This document shows positions 34,050-45,223 of a stretch of DNA of 64,000 nt, in pieces. The translations under genes were made by a program, and so were the position numbers. The DNA is from Corallochytrium limacisporum Hawaii (Eukaryota > Protista > Pluriformea), in contig PDIP01000032.1 in the NCBI GenBank assembly GCA_002811645.1, forward strand, positions 356,120-420,119. Reading direction: 5' to 3'. Within the stretch, counting starts at the first letter, position 1, and each line of letters opens with the position of its first letter. The notes below the pieces were generated by a model that worked only from the letters and a program-made list of their open reading frames with translations, did no database searches and was not told the origin of the DNA.

Positions 34050-34700
34050 GAGTCTCCAACTCCGGCTACCCTCTCTACACCTCTCCTCTCCTTCACTTTC
34101 TTTGCGTCTATCGCCGCTCATAGTTTTCTTCTATAATTTTCATCAGGCCTCCTCCTCCCCAGCCTTCCCTTTGTCTTGGGTGAACAGGAGCGTAACACCA
34201 CCACCCACCGCCCTTTGCTTGCTGTCTTCGGGGTTACCCCGCGCTACTCTCCCCCCCGCCTCCCTCCTTTTTTTTCCCTTTTTCTTGCGAGCGGGTCGTC
34301 ACATAAAAAGAGACACACACACGCTTAAAAAGGGACAAAAGGCGAAATTTAAAAAAGAAAAGCCAAAACGACCGGCGGTGGGGTAGGGGCAGGGCCCCGG
34401 GGAAAGCAGGAGAGGAGGGGCGTAGGAAGAAAAAGGGACGGGACTAAGGCAGAGACGATTTGGCTACCAGGGCAAAATGTGGGGAGGAGGCGGCCCCCCC
34501 CGCCCCCGGGGGGGGGGGAGGGGGAAGGACACACACCACGCACCGGGGGGTGGGTCACTTCGGTCCTCGCTTGTCACCGAATCGATCCGGTTCGTTTCGG
34601 GCCAGTTGTGGGGCCCTGTCGCTGGCGTTGCTGCGTCAGGCAGGGGCAGACACGGAGTTAGGGGTCCCAACGTTCCCAAAAAAGCCTGACACTGGCACGA
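34050..34700. promoter_or_regulatory. GC-skewed homopolymer island in the divergent region between the GT-like gene and CARNMT1
   Basis: C/T-rich left half, A-rich centre, G-rich right half with C8GC5G11. Confidence 0.5.
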
Positions 34701-36439
34701 CGGTCGGTGTGACTCTGCAAGAACTCTCTCCGTCTCTCTCACTATATCTAATCTCGCCACACATCCGGTAGCTTGGTGCGCCTGAAGGGAATGAAAAGTT
34801 TTTCTTCCTTCTTTCCCGCGCCTGGTCCAATCTGATAGTGAACACACTGTAGAAATCATGGACTACCCCTGGAAGCAACCCAGGAGTTGATGGATGAGGG
34901 CGGCGGTGCAAGCAGGAGAGGGAGGAAATGGGGGGAAAGTGTGTTCAGTGTTTCCCCCCCTTTTACTTTCTTGCTCCTGAAATAGTGCGATGGTGGATCA
35001 CCGAGGACTAAATTTACCATCGTCCCTGCCGTCGAGAACACGCGAGTTATTTTTTGCTTGAAAAAGCAGGGGAAGGACCTAAGCGGGGTTTGGTTTGGTC
35101 ACTCCGGTCGGGGGCCCATTTTATCAACAGGACGGGAGGTGGTGGCTCGGTCAGTGCAGTGAATTCGGTAGTGAAAGTATTTGAGTGAGGTCTCGTTCGT
35201 TATCGTTCCGGAAGTCGTCATCTTCAGTTGACCGACTGTGACTTGGCCGGTGGTGCGTGGCCAGCTGCACCGCAATGCAAGTTTGCTTGAACCAATGGTA
35301 GGTGCCAGTGGAAAGCAAGAGACTTGGGTTTGACTACGTGACATGTACCATCCTACGGCACAGTTTTTGATATTGGCAGCAAACCAGTTAGGCTGGTGCA
35401 TGGCCTATGAGAGGTCCGAGTTTTGCCCTGTGTACCCGGGGGAACCGGCACACGGACCGCACAGAGTTGGTCGCTTTGCGTTTTCGTTTGTGGGGTCCGT
35501 TCCGGTCTGTCACCGATTTGAATGGCGCCAGCCCTGCCCCTCCATCTGTACCCATCAGGTGATGCTTGGGCCTCCCCCCCCCTCCCTTCCCTTCCCTTCT
35601 TCTCCTTCCCCAGAGCGTTGGCTAGTGTTCCGTGTCTCGTCATTAACGGAATGAAATGCTAGCGAATTCACATGGCATGGAAGCATGAATGACCGCAATC
35701 TTAAACAACAACAGGAGTGATGTGATTCCTAATGGGAACGCGATCTTTAAAACAAAATGCTGTTCCTTCTTCACTCGGTCCGTTGGCACCTGCTTTTCGG
35801 TTGGCTGAAGCATTAGATGCCACTGATGGGATTGAAAGCGGCGGCGGTTGATGACGAAAGCATACGTAGCGTAAGCCACGCTAATTTTGTACCGAACGCG
35901 TGGTAGACACTACGGCTGTTTTGGCTTTGGTCCCCTCCCCCCTCCTCCTCCCAATGGACCTGCTGGGCCCCACCTCACAACGGGGTCACTCGGCCCTAAG
36001 GGAATGTTACCTGCTGGTGATACACTAGTATGACTTGCCATTGTCGAACATCCAAGTGATTTTGGCAGACGGCAGTCCGCAAGAGGTACATACTTGCATG
36101 CATCGGTCGTTACCATCGTTCGGCGCATTGGTGATGCGCAATTCATTCTAACCGTCTGGTAGCCAATGGCCCGCACCGACAATACATACCAACTGGACTA
36201 GCAAATTGGATTATCACTGTATAGATTCAGTGATTCAAATTCCTCAAATCGATCCCTGGGGGCATCTACGGCGCCCAAAAAACAAAACCACCCTAAGAGG
36301 ACACGGGCGATTGAAGGGCTTTGGTACTTCAATGACAACTTGTCCATTATCATATGATCCCCCCACAGTACATAATACGATACTGTACAGACCAAGGAGG
36401 TAACGATGAGATAGCGGGCAAGTCATATATTGTGCAAGA

Positions 36440-37855
36440 ATGGCAGATGATCCTGAGTCCGGTTGGGTGGACGAGGACAATGACCTGGCTTGCGTGTCTG
36501 CCGCATTCCTGAGCTATGAGAAGTTTGCATTGAAGCGCGTCGAACTGTATGAACGGAATGTATCACGACTCCAGCTGAAAGGAGTGGACGCTGAACTGCT
36601 TGGTCCTCTACTGGAAAGTAAGATTGTCGAGCTCAAGAAATGTATCTCAGTGAACCAGCACTTTTTGTCGCGGGTAGTATCTGCCGTTGGCTTTCCAAAG
36701 CCGAAGGCGGAACACTTTGAGGCCATTGGGCAGTTCGAGTTCTCGAAGATATCTAGTGCCCTGCTTCACGTCGCGCGGGACTGGTCATCTGAGGGCAGGC
36801 TCGAACGGCGTCAGTCATACGGATGGATTCTTACGGAGTTGAACCGGATCTATCCGTCACGGGATGACCGGGACGGAATAGAAGTCCTTGTACCAGGTTG
36901 TGGCGCTGGACGATTAGTTTTTGAACTTGCTCGTGCCGGGTATCATACTCAAGGCAACGAATACACGGCTGTCATGCTGGCAATCTCTGATTTTATGCTG
37001 AACCACGCCGGAACATGGAAGCCATCCAAACCCGAGGCAGTAAACGAAGGCGCCGAGGGAGAACAGATTTTGGCAACGTCGACCATTTCGCCTGGTAATC
37101 CGGATATTTCAGAAGAGCCATCAGATGACCAGACGCAGCAGTCACCACTTGCTAAAGCTCGGTACCCAAACCGTCCTGCTGTTGGAGGTGATGGGGCTCA
37201 AGCACGCAACCACAATTGGAGTCTCCATGCGGTGCATCCGTGGGTCCTTAGCTTCAACAATATCAGTGCGCTCGATGATCAAACATACAGAGTCATGGTA
37301 CCAGATCGCTGTCCCAGCAATCATGTGGGGCCGGTACGAAGTCAGTCCTTGGATGAGTCTGCAATGGACGAAGAGAATCAGCCGAATGATGACGATACCG
37401 CCAGCAGCCGAACTGGTGGTGGTAGGGGCAGCCTCACGAACAACACCGCACCCATGAGTATGTGCTGTGGAGAGTTTGTGCAGTCTTATGGGCCTACCAA
37501 TCTTATGGCGGGATCCCAATTCGACGTGATCGCGACGTGCTTTTTCATTGACACAGCGCGGAACTTCACAACGTACCTAGACACCATTGAGCACCTTCTG
37601 AGAGATGGAGGGAGATGGATCAATATTGGGCCGTTGCTGTGGCATTTTAGTGACATGCCGAACGAGGAGACCGTAGAGTTTACTTGGAAGGAGATCTTCC
37701 TCATCATGCGTAGCCGTGGTTTCACGGTCCAGCGCTTCAGTCAAGTCGATTGCATCTACACAGCAGCCCCGCGTCGCGGGATGACGCAACTATACCATTG
37801 TATGGCTTTTGTGGCGGAGTATTCACCGGACGGGCAGGTTGACCTCAGTCCATGA
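36440..37855 (+). CDS. CARNMT1: Carnosine N-methyltransferase (N2227-like)
   Basis: RDWSSEG..ER..SY, VLVPGCGAGRLVFELA..GY..QGNE, HPW, MSMCCGEF, TCFFIDTARN..YL..I..LL..GG.WINIGPLLWHF. Confidence 0.93.
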   Translation: MADDPESGWVDEDNDLACVSAAFLSYEKFALKRVELYERNVSRLQLKGVDAELLGPLLESKIVELKKCISVNQHFLSRVVSAVGFPKPKAEHFEAIGQFEFSKISSALLHVARDWSSEGRLERRQSYGWILTELNRIYPSRDDRDGIEVLVPGCGAGRLVFELARAGYHTQGNEYTAVMLAISDFMLNHAGTWKPSKPEAVNEGAEGEQILATSTISPGNPDISEEPSDDQTQQSPLAKARYPNRPAVGGDGAQARNHNWSLHAVHPWVLSFNNISALDDQTYRVMVPDRCPSNHVGPVRSQSLDESAMDEENQPNDDDTASSRTGGGRGSLTNNTAPMSMCCGEFVQSYGPTNLMAGSQFDVIATCFFIDTARNFTTYLDTIEHLLRDGGRWINIGPLLWHFSDMPNEETVEFTWKEIFLIMRSRGFTVQRFSQVDCIYTAAPRRGMTQLYHCMAFVAEYSPDGQVDLSP

Positions 37856-37899
37856 AGGATGCTAAAGAATGATTACATGTATCTATAATATTAACTACG

Positions 37900-39954
37900 C
37901 TACCGCTGCAAGATCCGCAGATCACGACGTTTTGGACTAAGAAGTGAATGTACCGGCTCTCGGAATTCCTCTGCTTCGATCAGTTCCACAAGATCAACCA
38001 GGTCCATGGGCCTTGCCGATGATGACGAAATGTTAGTTGCCGTCATTGTGATCGAGCCAACATGCGGTGGCGAAGAAGGCATCTTCCCCATCATGGAAAG
38101 CTGACGCACGGTGGAAGGCCGGTAGATCGTCTGATGGTTTGCAACCGGCCGCTGATGCGAAACTTCGTTCTTTGGCTGCTCCGGGTGCCGCTGCTGCTGA
38201 GGATTGCGCTGTCCCTGCAGATCGCGGTATATGCGGTACGTCAGATCACCCTGCGACGGTTCCAGGACCGAATGAGTGGTATCATTCCGCACAGTATGTG
38301 GCGGAGATGGTGCGGATGGCGTTGGATGGAAATGGTCATGAGTGGGCGGGAGATGTTGGGTTGCCGGGTTATTGAAGCTCACCTGGCGGGCAGCTGGTCG
38401 CTCCACCGGGCCACCGCTAGTTCCTGGGGCGACCTGCATAGCCGGTATGTATCCCATCTCTTCGAGTTCCCGAGGACCGTACATCGTCGGGGATGCAGGT
38501 TCCCGCGCAAATTGACTCGGGTGCGGCTCCTTATAGATGGGCGCATGACGAATCGGTGAAGTCGCCACATCCTTGGTTTCGGTTGCTACCTGTGGAGGTG
38601 AAGATGGGGGCTTTGCGGCATTAGACGTTTGAGTATGCATCTGATGATCATAGTGACTGTGAATCGCTGTGCGCATTCCGCTGACAGCTGCCTGTGTCTG
38701 TGCCATCGAAGCGGGCACCTGTCTCGGCTCCATGCCCACACCTGTACTCGCGTTCAGATCCCCAGCCGCCTCGGAGCCGACAGAAACATAGCTCACGTCA
38801 GTTTGTTGCGGAACCTCCGCTGAGTCCGCTGCAGATGCCACGCGCACATGACGAGGACTGAATTCGCCTGGTACCACCACGCCGGCATCGATGTAGATCT
38901 TCCGGTCAGTCTGACACATCGTTTCCGCGACGGAAGCGATGGCATTGACACTGGCATCCTGTTTTTCATACTTGATTTCCTCGATCTTTTGTCGCAGTCC
39001 TTCCTGGGACGACTCAAGTTGAGAAATCTGCTTCAGTGCGGACGTCAAGCGGGTCCGTAGCTCTTGATTTTCCGCAAGCAGTTCGTCCCGCTGCTGTTGT
39101 AATGTATCGTTCTCGCTTGTCAGCTTCCCTTTGTTCATGGTAAAATCCCTGTTGGCCTTGTCCAATTGATTTTCTGCCCTTGCAAGTCGTTCAATGATTT
39201 TCTTAACTTTGGCCTTCTCTTCCGGTGCAAGTTCCTGGATCGTTGGCCCACCTGAAACGTCTGAGCCGACAATTGCCGAAGAGTTGTGAATCTGCTCAGC
39301 AGGCTGCGATGCCTGACTCATATTTCCCAGAGCCCGTTCTACAGCCAAGAAGGAAGTGTTGAGTCCGACGCTCGCGCTCAGCGAGCTTTCATCAGCTAGA
39401 CCAGCAGGCTTCTTGCTTCCCTTCTCAGTGAAGGACACTTTGACCCTGGATCCACCCAATGCCTGATTCATTGCCCTGCTGAGGCTTGTGCCCGCCTGTG
39501 TTGGCGCAGATGCCTTAAACTTTGCTGTCCGGGAAGGAGAGGCGACCTTTTGCTTCTGTTTAGCTTTGCTGGCTACTGTGGACGACGTGAGAGAAATGGA
39601 TGATTCCGATCCTCGTGGTGTTTCCGTCCTCACAGGTTGGTCGTCTCTTTTCTTCTCCTGTTTTGCCTGCTGTGGTCCGTTTGCCCGCTTCGGGGACACC
39701 TGTGGGATTCTCGATTTTGGTTGTTGGACAGCTGCAGCACCCCGTTCCGCTGCCTCGTCTGTTCGAAGCACTGTACGGCGCCCCTCCGGAGACTTAGACC
39801 GTTTCAGGGCTCCTCGCTTAGTTACCACAGTCCTATCTTGCTTGTGGATCGGATCGCTCTTTGCATGGCCTTCCCATTCCAGCACATAACGCATCGCTTC
39901 CGGCTCCGTTTCGGACGAGATCAGATCATCCTCAAGCTCTTGACGGGTACTCAT
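37900..39954 (-). CDS. Coiled-coil protein, KIAA1328/hinderin-like
   Basis: 684-aa ORF. TIQELAPEEKAKVKKIIERLAR followed by a long coiled coil resembles the conserved KIAA1328 block ([22 protein letters not shown], from memory); the rest is low complexity. Confidence 0.6.
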   Translation of the reverse strand: MSTRQELEDDLISSETEPEAMRYVLEWEGHAKSDPIHKQDRTVVTKRGALKRSKSPEGRRTVLRTDEAAERGAAAVQQPKSRIPQVSPKRANGPQQAKQEKKRDDQPVRTETPRGSESSISLTSSTVASKAKQKQKVASPSRTAKFKASAPTQAGTSLSRAMNQALGGSRVKVSFTEKGSKKPAGLADESSLSASVGLNTSFLAVERALGNMSQASQPAEQIHNSSAIVGSDVSGGPTIQELAPEEKAKVKKIIERLARAENQLDKANRDFTMNKGKLTSENDTLQQQRDELLAENQELRTRLTSALKQISQLESSQEGLRQKIEEIKYEKQDASVNAIASVAETMCQTDRKIYIDAGVVVPGEFSPRHVRVASAADSAEVPQQTDVSYVSVGSEAAGDLNASTGVGMEPRQVPASMAQTQAAVSGMRTAIHSHYDHQMHTQTSNAAKPPSSPPQVATETKDVATSPIRHAPIYKEPHPSQFAREPASPTMYGPRELEEMGYIPAMQVAPGTSGGPVERPAARQVSFNNPATQHLPPTHDHFHPTPSAPSPPHTVRNDTTHSVLEPSQGDLTYRIYRDLQGQRNPQQQRHPEQPKNEVSHQRPVANHQTIYRPSTVRQLSMMGKMPSSPPHVGSITMTATNISSSSARPMDLVDLVELIEAEEFREPVHSLLSPKRRDLRILQR

Positions 39955-40970
39955 GACTACGTACTTGGTGCTAGTCTTCCGCAGTGACCTCTACATAGTT
40001 CCCGTATGATCATCACTAGTCCCATTCGCACCATTAGGTTCATAGAAGTCTCCAAATTCGACAACCCGAGGCTGTGCTGGCGTGAGTGAGTCTCTCACAA
40101 GTACCCGGGTTTCTCGGATCCCAGCTTTTCCTTGCCCATCCCGCGACAACCCACCAAGCCGCGCCAAAATGAGCGCAGGTAAAATGAACTCCGGAAACAA
40201 CGGAGACCCGAAGAAAACAATACAATAGTCCGTATATATAAGTTCCAAATGGGCCGAACTGTGACATATTATTTGCAGCTGTTCTGTTCCTGAAACATCT
40301 TCGTATTTCAAAATTCCGTATATAATATATGAAGCTGGTACTTTCAGTACCGGCCGGCGCCGCCCCCACCAAACCCCTCGAGACCCCCTAAACCCGAGGA
40401 CCGCACTGCCGGAAACGCTAATGGAACTGAGGATTTGGGGTTGGGGGAAGAATTTGCGTAGAGTGAGCGAAGGGCCGCCCGCTTCGAGAAAAGTTGGTAG
40501 GGGGATATTAGGCGGCGCATAACAGCGGCCAGCGTTTCTTATTCGCAAAGGTCTCCTTTTTTAATTTCTGGCTTTTTTGGTTTTCTTTCTTTATTTTCTA
40601 TTTTCATAGTAACTCTACCCCCTCCTCCCTTCCTTTGGGTGCGCGCCGGTTGAAGTCGCAAGGTCAGCAAAAGGGACTCCCGTCCGCTCGATCTGATGAT
40701 ACCCATCCCATCCACACCAAAAACAAAAAAAAAAAGAAAAGTGAAAAGGCCGCTTGGGTCCCCCCACCGCACAGCCACACAGCCACACACAGTCAGAGCA
40801 AAACAGTGAACAAAAATATGGGGCGGGGGGAGGTGGTGCGAAATAACAGGTGCTCAACCTTTTAGAACCCTACGGCTCTTCCTTAATTTTTCTGCGTTTC
40901 TTTCTTTTCCTCCTCCCTGCCTAACCACCCCCCGCCCAAGGCGCGCCCGACCCTTTTCAGGAGGCCCTTG

Positions 40971-41002
<32 letters not shown>

Positions 41003-41046
41003 TCAGGGCTTTTTGGGCTCTGCGCCTCTGGCCGTATTTTTCTTGT

Positions 41047-41074
<28 letters not shown>
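41047..41074 (+). repeat. (AG)14 microsatellite in the divergent region upstream of RAD6
   Basis: Direct read. Confidence 0.95.
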
Positions 41075-41078
<4 letters not shown>

Positions 41079-41721
41079 CGTGGTGTTGCGTGCTGCGTGT
41101 ATTATGCGTGCGCCGGCGTGTTGGCTGTCGGTGGGGCGGCCCGCCTTAGCTTAGGAGAGAGAGAGGGGGGGGGAGGCACCAGGCCGCGCTTTTGCGCTCT
41201 GCGGTGCGTCGCTCGCACTTGCGGGTTTTGGCTTTTTTTCTTGTCCTTGGTGGCAGCAGGTACCACCGGGCCCCGGCACCGTGACTGGGGACGAGCAGGC
41301 GAGCACTGACACATGTACACAGCGCAGTGCATCTGACGAGCCACCAGAACGCCGGATTACCTTACTGCAGTCTTCTCGAAGCTTTAATACACTTGATGTT
41401 GCACTATTCTAAGCGTAAAGATTTCATACGCATATCCTGTCACATGTCTTTCGTATCATTCTGCTCTTGCAAGCTATGTGATGGACAGTACTTAAGTTGA
41501 CGGTAACGCGTTCCTATTGGTTTGGAATACACATCAAGAGAAGAACACTTCGTACAGGCGACAACAGTGGACGCGAATACACTGTCTACCTCAAACGACT
41601 GCAGGCGACAATAGAGACCAGGAAAATTTAAACACAGTATGTTAGAGGCTTTGAGCAGGGCATAGGTTCGAGCAAGACGAAATTGTAAAGTAAGTGGTAT
41701 AGAAAGCAAAGCAGATCCACA

Positions 41722-42177
41722 ATGTCCACGCCGGCACGTCGACGCCTTATGCGCGACTTTAAGCGCCTCCAGGAGGATCCCCCGGGTGGTGTGAGTGGTG
41801 CTCCTACCGATAACAATATTATGCTTTGGAATGCAGTGATCTTTGGACCACAGGACACACCCTTCGAAGACGGCACATTCAAACTTACACTGAAATTCAC
41901 GGAAGACTATCCGAACAAGCCACCGACGGTCCGCTTTGTTAGTCGCATGTTTCATCCGAACGTATACGCAGACGGTGGCATCTGTCTTGATATTCTGCAG
42001 AACCGGTGGAGTCCAACCTACGATGTCGCTGCCATTCTGACATCTATCCAAAGTCTGCTTGACGAACCGAATCCGAACAGTCCTGCCAATGCCACCGCGG
42101 CACAATTGTACCAGGAAAACAAGCGCGAGTACGAGAAAAAGGTACGGGCCATTGTCGAGCAGAGCTGGATGGAATAA
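41722..42177 (+). CDS. RAD6: Ubiquitin-conjugating enzyme RAD6/UBE2A-B
   Basis: [21 protein letters not shown]...[26 protein letters not shown]...[11 protein letters not shown]...[12 protein letters not shown]. Confidence 0.98.
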   Translation: MSTPARRRLMRDFKRLQEDPPGGVSGAPTDNNIMLWNAVIFGPQDTPFEDGTFKLTLKFTEDYPNKPPTVRFVSRMFHPNVYADGGICLDILQNRWSPTYDVAAILTSIQSLLDEPNPNSPANATAAQLYQENKREYEKKVRAIVEQSWME

Positions 42178-42404
42178 GAAGGAGAAAGTAGTTTGGTCGT
42201 CAACTTTGGGAATCATATTTCAATCGGATTTTCATGTAGAATTTGTTGAGATCATCATTCATCATTTCCTCTCATTATACACAAGAACTATCGTGAACAT
42301 GATCGCAAAATGAGGTTAGCTAACAGATTTTCTTTACTAGATGTTGGTCTTGTGTGTTTCTTTATCATGTGGAGCAAGACGGTGTTGACGATTGCGGGCG
42401 TATA

Positions 42405-44438
42405 TCATGTCTTCTTACGCTTGGCCGGTGGCAGCGACTCCTTGGCAAGGATGTAGAGATCCTCAGCCGCGGACTTCCACCGCTGAGCATTGCGCTTAGA
42501 CTCTGCCAGCTCGGCGCGCAGTTGTGCCACTTCACTACCACCGAACTCTTCATCGAGGCGGCTGCCATAAGCTCGGCACAGAGATTCGCGGCGATGATTT
42601 AGCGCATCATTGATATCCTCAACGTCCACGTCCTCGCCGTCGACCTCTTCGAGCGACCTGCCTTGTGTCATGCCACCTGGTTCCCACCAGTGCAGTCGGG
42701 ACGTGAACCACCGCTTGATACCTCCTGGGACTACATCATTTGTCTCTCGGAGGCCAGGAGGCCCCGGCAGGATCTTGATCGGGCCCTTTGCTGTAACCTT
42801 GCCATCTTCGCCAGTGAGTACAGTCGCATGTCTTTGCAACATCATGGGTTTGTAGTTCGCGGAAGAAGCCACCTCAGCAATCGGCAAGGGCATCAAGAAG
42901 TCAGTGACACCACTGCCGGCCAAAGGTTTCGAGGATCGCAGCCTCTGGCCGGATGAAATATCCCAGAGATGCACAGCATTGTCTTCGCCCCCAGTGAGTA
43001 GTTGGCGGCCGTTGCTCAGAAAACGAAGAACATTGATTTTGCCTTCATGGGCTTCTCTGATTCTACGCCAGCGCAACAGTGAGGATAAGTCCAATTCAAC
43101 CTCTTGGTGCTGTCCGATCTTGCGTTTTGCCTCTTCATCCTCGTCGTCGCTTTCTTCGCGTTGATCGTGGTCGCGGTCACGGTTCTGAGCTAGGTCAGCT
43201 AGACCGACCCGAGGGACCAGCTCGACCAGCAGCAGTGATCCGTGCAGGGTGCCCACGGCCGCCATGGTAGTCATTGCATCCAAACTGAGGCAAGTTGGAG
43301 CCTCTTTCAGCAGAACGTTATGATCTGAAGTCAGGTTTGCGACAGCAGTAGCGTCATCATCCATGGTGGGCATGTTGCTCATGCCTCTGGTAGTACTAGA
43401 GTCTGTACTGCCAGGGTATTGCCAGACCCTAAGTGAACGATCACTACTAACAGAGTAGAGGGTGACCCGTCCGGATCCACATCCGCTGGTGGAAGTGAAA
43501 GCGAGGCCTGTGATTGGCAGCGTGTGCTCCAGAGCTGACGCAATCGGGCTTACTGCTGTGGTCGGGGGCACCGAGGTGTCCGTGAGGTCCACCAAGCGCC
43601 AGAAATGGATTGCCGCATCATCACCACCGGTCGCAACGATGCCCAACGCGGAACAAACGGCCACGGACCTCACAGGCCGAAAATGTGCCGACTGACTTCG
43701 CAAGAGTTCACCTCCCGGACAGCTCCACACCGCAATTTTGCCGCTTCGCGTGCCAGCCACGATAAACCCACGGCCGTGACCAAGGGCATTATTGTTTGAA
43801 CCTGCATTGGCATTACCGTCGTCTATGGCGGTCACAGTGACGCATTCAATAGCCTCCGGCAGTTGAAAGCGGACCGCTGGAGCACCAGCCTTCCATGCAT
43901 TGATTGAAGAGACGGTTTTTCCGCCACGCACTGCAGCTGGACCCAACTCAGCGGTTGCTCTCGCTCCTGCTTTCCCACCCTTACGGCGTTTACTGTCAAA
44001 GCCATCGCCACCAAGGCCCGTTGGCTGTGTTCGTGACGAAGCTTGAGGCGCCCAAACTTGCACCGTGGTGGATACCCCCGTACCAACAAGAGCAATCGAG
44101 CCGGAGTCCCACGCGAGGAGTCGACCTCCAGGTTTCTTCTGCTGCTGGTTGTCCGACCCATGTGCTTTAGCCGAGGTTAAAGACTTGCCTTTGTTTGTCT
44201 TAGTGTCTGTGTCTCCGTATCCTTTGCGTGTTTTATCTCCCTCTGTACCGCCACCGGCCAGAGACTTCTCAATGCTCAGTGATGGCAAGTCGTGGAACAG
44301 GACTGCGCCCGATGTGTATGCTACTGCAATTTTATGGTCCTCTAGTTGCCGCAGATAGTTTTTGTACAGCTGGTCAATGTCTGCAGAAGCTCGCACACCC
44401 TCAAGAAAAGCCTTTTCTAGGCGGTGAGCTCCTGTCAT
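42405..44438 (-). CDS. WDR18: WD40 Rix1-complex subunit WDR18/IPI3
   Basis: GTRSGKIAVW..GELLRS..AHFRPV, TGGDDA.IHFW.LVDL, EHTLPITGL, LYSVSSDRSLRVW; C-terminal coiled coil and NLS-like PPAKRKKT. Confidence 0.85.
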   Translation of the reverse strand: MTGAHRLEKAFLEGVRASADIDQLYKNYLRQLEDHKIAVAYTSGAVLFHDLPSLSIEKSLAGGGTEGDKTRKGYGDTDTKTNKGKSLTSAKAHGSDNQQQKKPGGRLLAWDSGSIALVGTGVSTTVQVWAPQASSRTQPTGLGGDGFDSKRRKGGKAGARATAELGPAAVRGGKTVSSINAWKAGAPAVRFQLPEAIECVTVTAIDDGNANAGSNNNALGHGRGFIVAGTRSGKIAVWSCPGGELLRSQSAHFRPVRSVAVCSALGIVATGGDDAAIHFWRLVDLTDTSVPPTTAVSPIASALEHTLPITGLAFTSTSGCGSGRVTLYSVSSDRSLRVWQYPGSTDSSTTRGMSNMPTMDDDATAVANLTSDHNVLLKEAPTCLSLDAMTTMAAVGTLHGSLLLVELVPRVGLADLAQNRDRDHDQREESDDEDEEAKRKIGQHQEVELDLSSLLRWRRIREAHEGKINVLRFLSNGRQLLTGGEDNAVHLWDISSGQRLRSSKPLAGSGVTDFLMPLPIAEVASSANYKPMMLQRHATVLTGEDGKVTAKGPIKILPGPPGLRETNDVVPGGIKRWFTSRLHWWEPGGMTQGRSLEEVDGEDVDVEDINDALNHRRESLCRAYGSRLDEEFGGSEVAQLRAELAESKRNAQRWKSAAEDLYILAKESLPPAKRKKT

Positions 44439-45223
44439 TTTCGAGAGCCTAAGGAAACTTTACTAGATTTCTACTATTCTCCCAAGATTTCCTCCCACAT
44501 TATCCAGAGTATATGGCCGAACACACGGACGATTGACCGTGTCTGTATTCCTTTATTGTATTGTTTCACGCATGGTTCTTCCGACACTGGCTAAGTACCC
44601 TATATCCTGAACATTTGACCTAGTTCTCGCTCATTATCGGAATTGCACTCTCCTACCCGTGTGCATGTAACAGTGAAGCACCCAACGATTCCCCGCCACG
44701 CGGGTTTTTTCTGACAGCTCCGGCTTACTTTCTGCGAACTTCCAGGCCCCCCCCCTGGGGGGAGGGGCGGCGGCCGAACGGGAAGGGTAGGGACCCCTGG
44801 GCCGGAGGGTCTCTTGGGTTCGGGGACGAGAAATCAAGTGCCAGCGTTTCACTTCCCTGACGCTGAGTATCGGGCTTGAGCATTTGCAACTTGTACTGGT
44901 AGACTGTGATGTCATCAGAGGTTTATCGCGCTAAGGACAAAACAAGGGCACTCTGGAATTCTTTTATGATTTTCGAAATCGTAGAAACAGTCAAGAAGAC
45001 ACTTGGTTGTATTCACGCTATGCTTTGGCGACACCAAGCACCACCTTGGTCTGGCCGGCGCCGATGGCAACCATGCTGCCAACTAGACAGTCTGGATATG
45101 TCTGATCTTTGAAATTCGGTACACTACCGTAGTTTGATGCTAAAATAGATAAATTTGTATGTGATGAATGGAGCACCATCGTAGTCTGGTAGACAAAACA
45201 TGTCAGAATGAGGCCCTGCGACG

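Noticed and set aside
41690-41714. GTAAGT...CAG 25-nt segment before RAD6 as a micro-intron
   Set aside because: No branch point or pyrimidine tract, and very short
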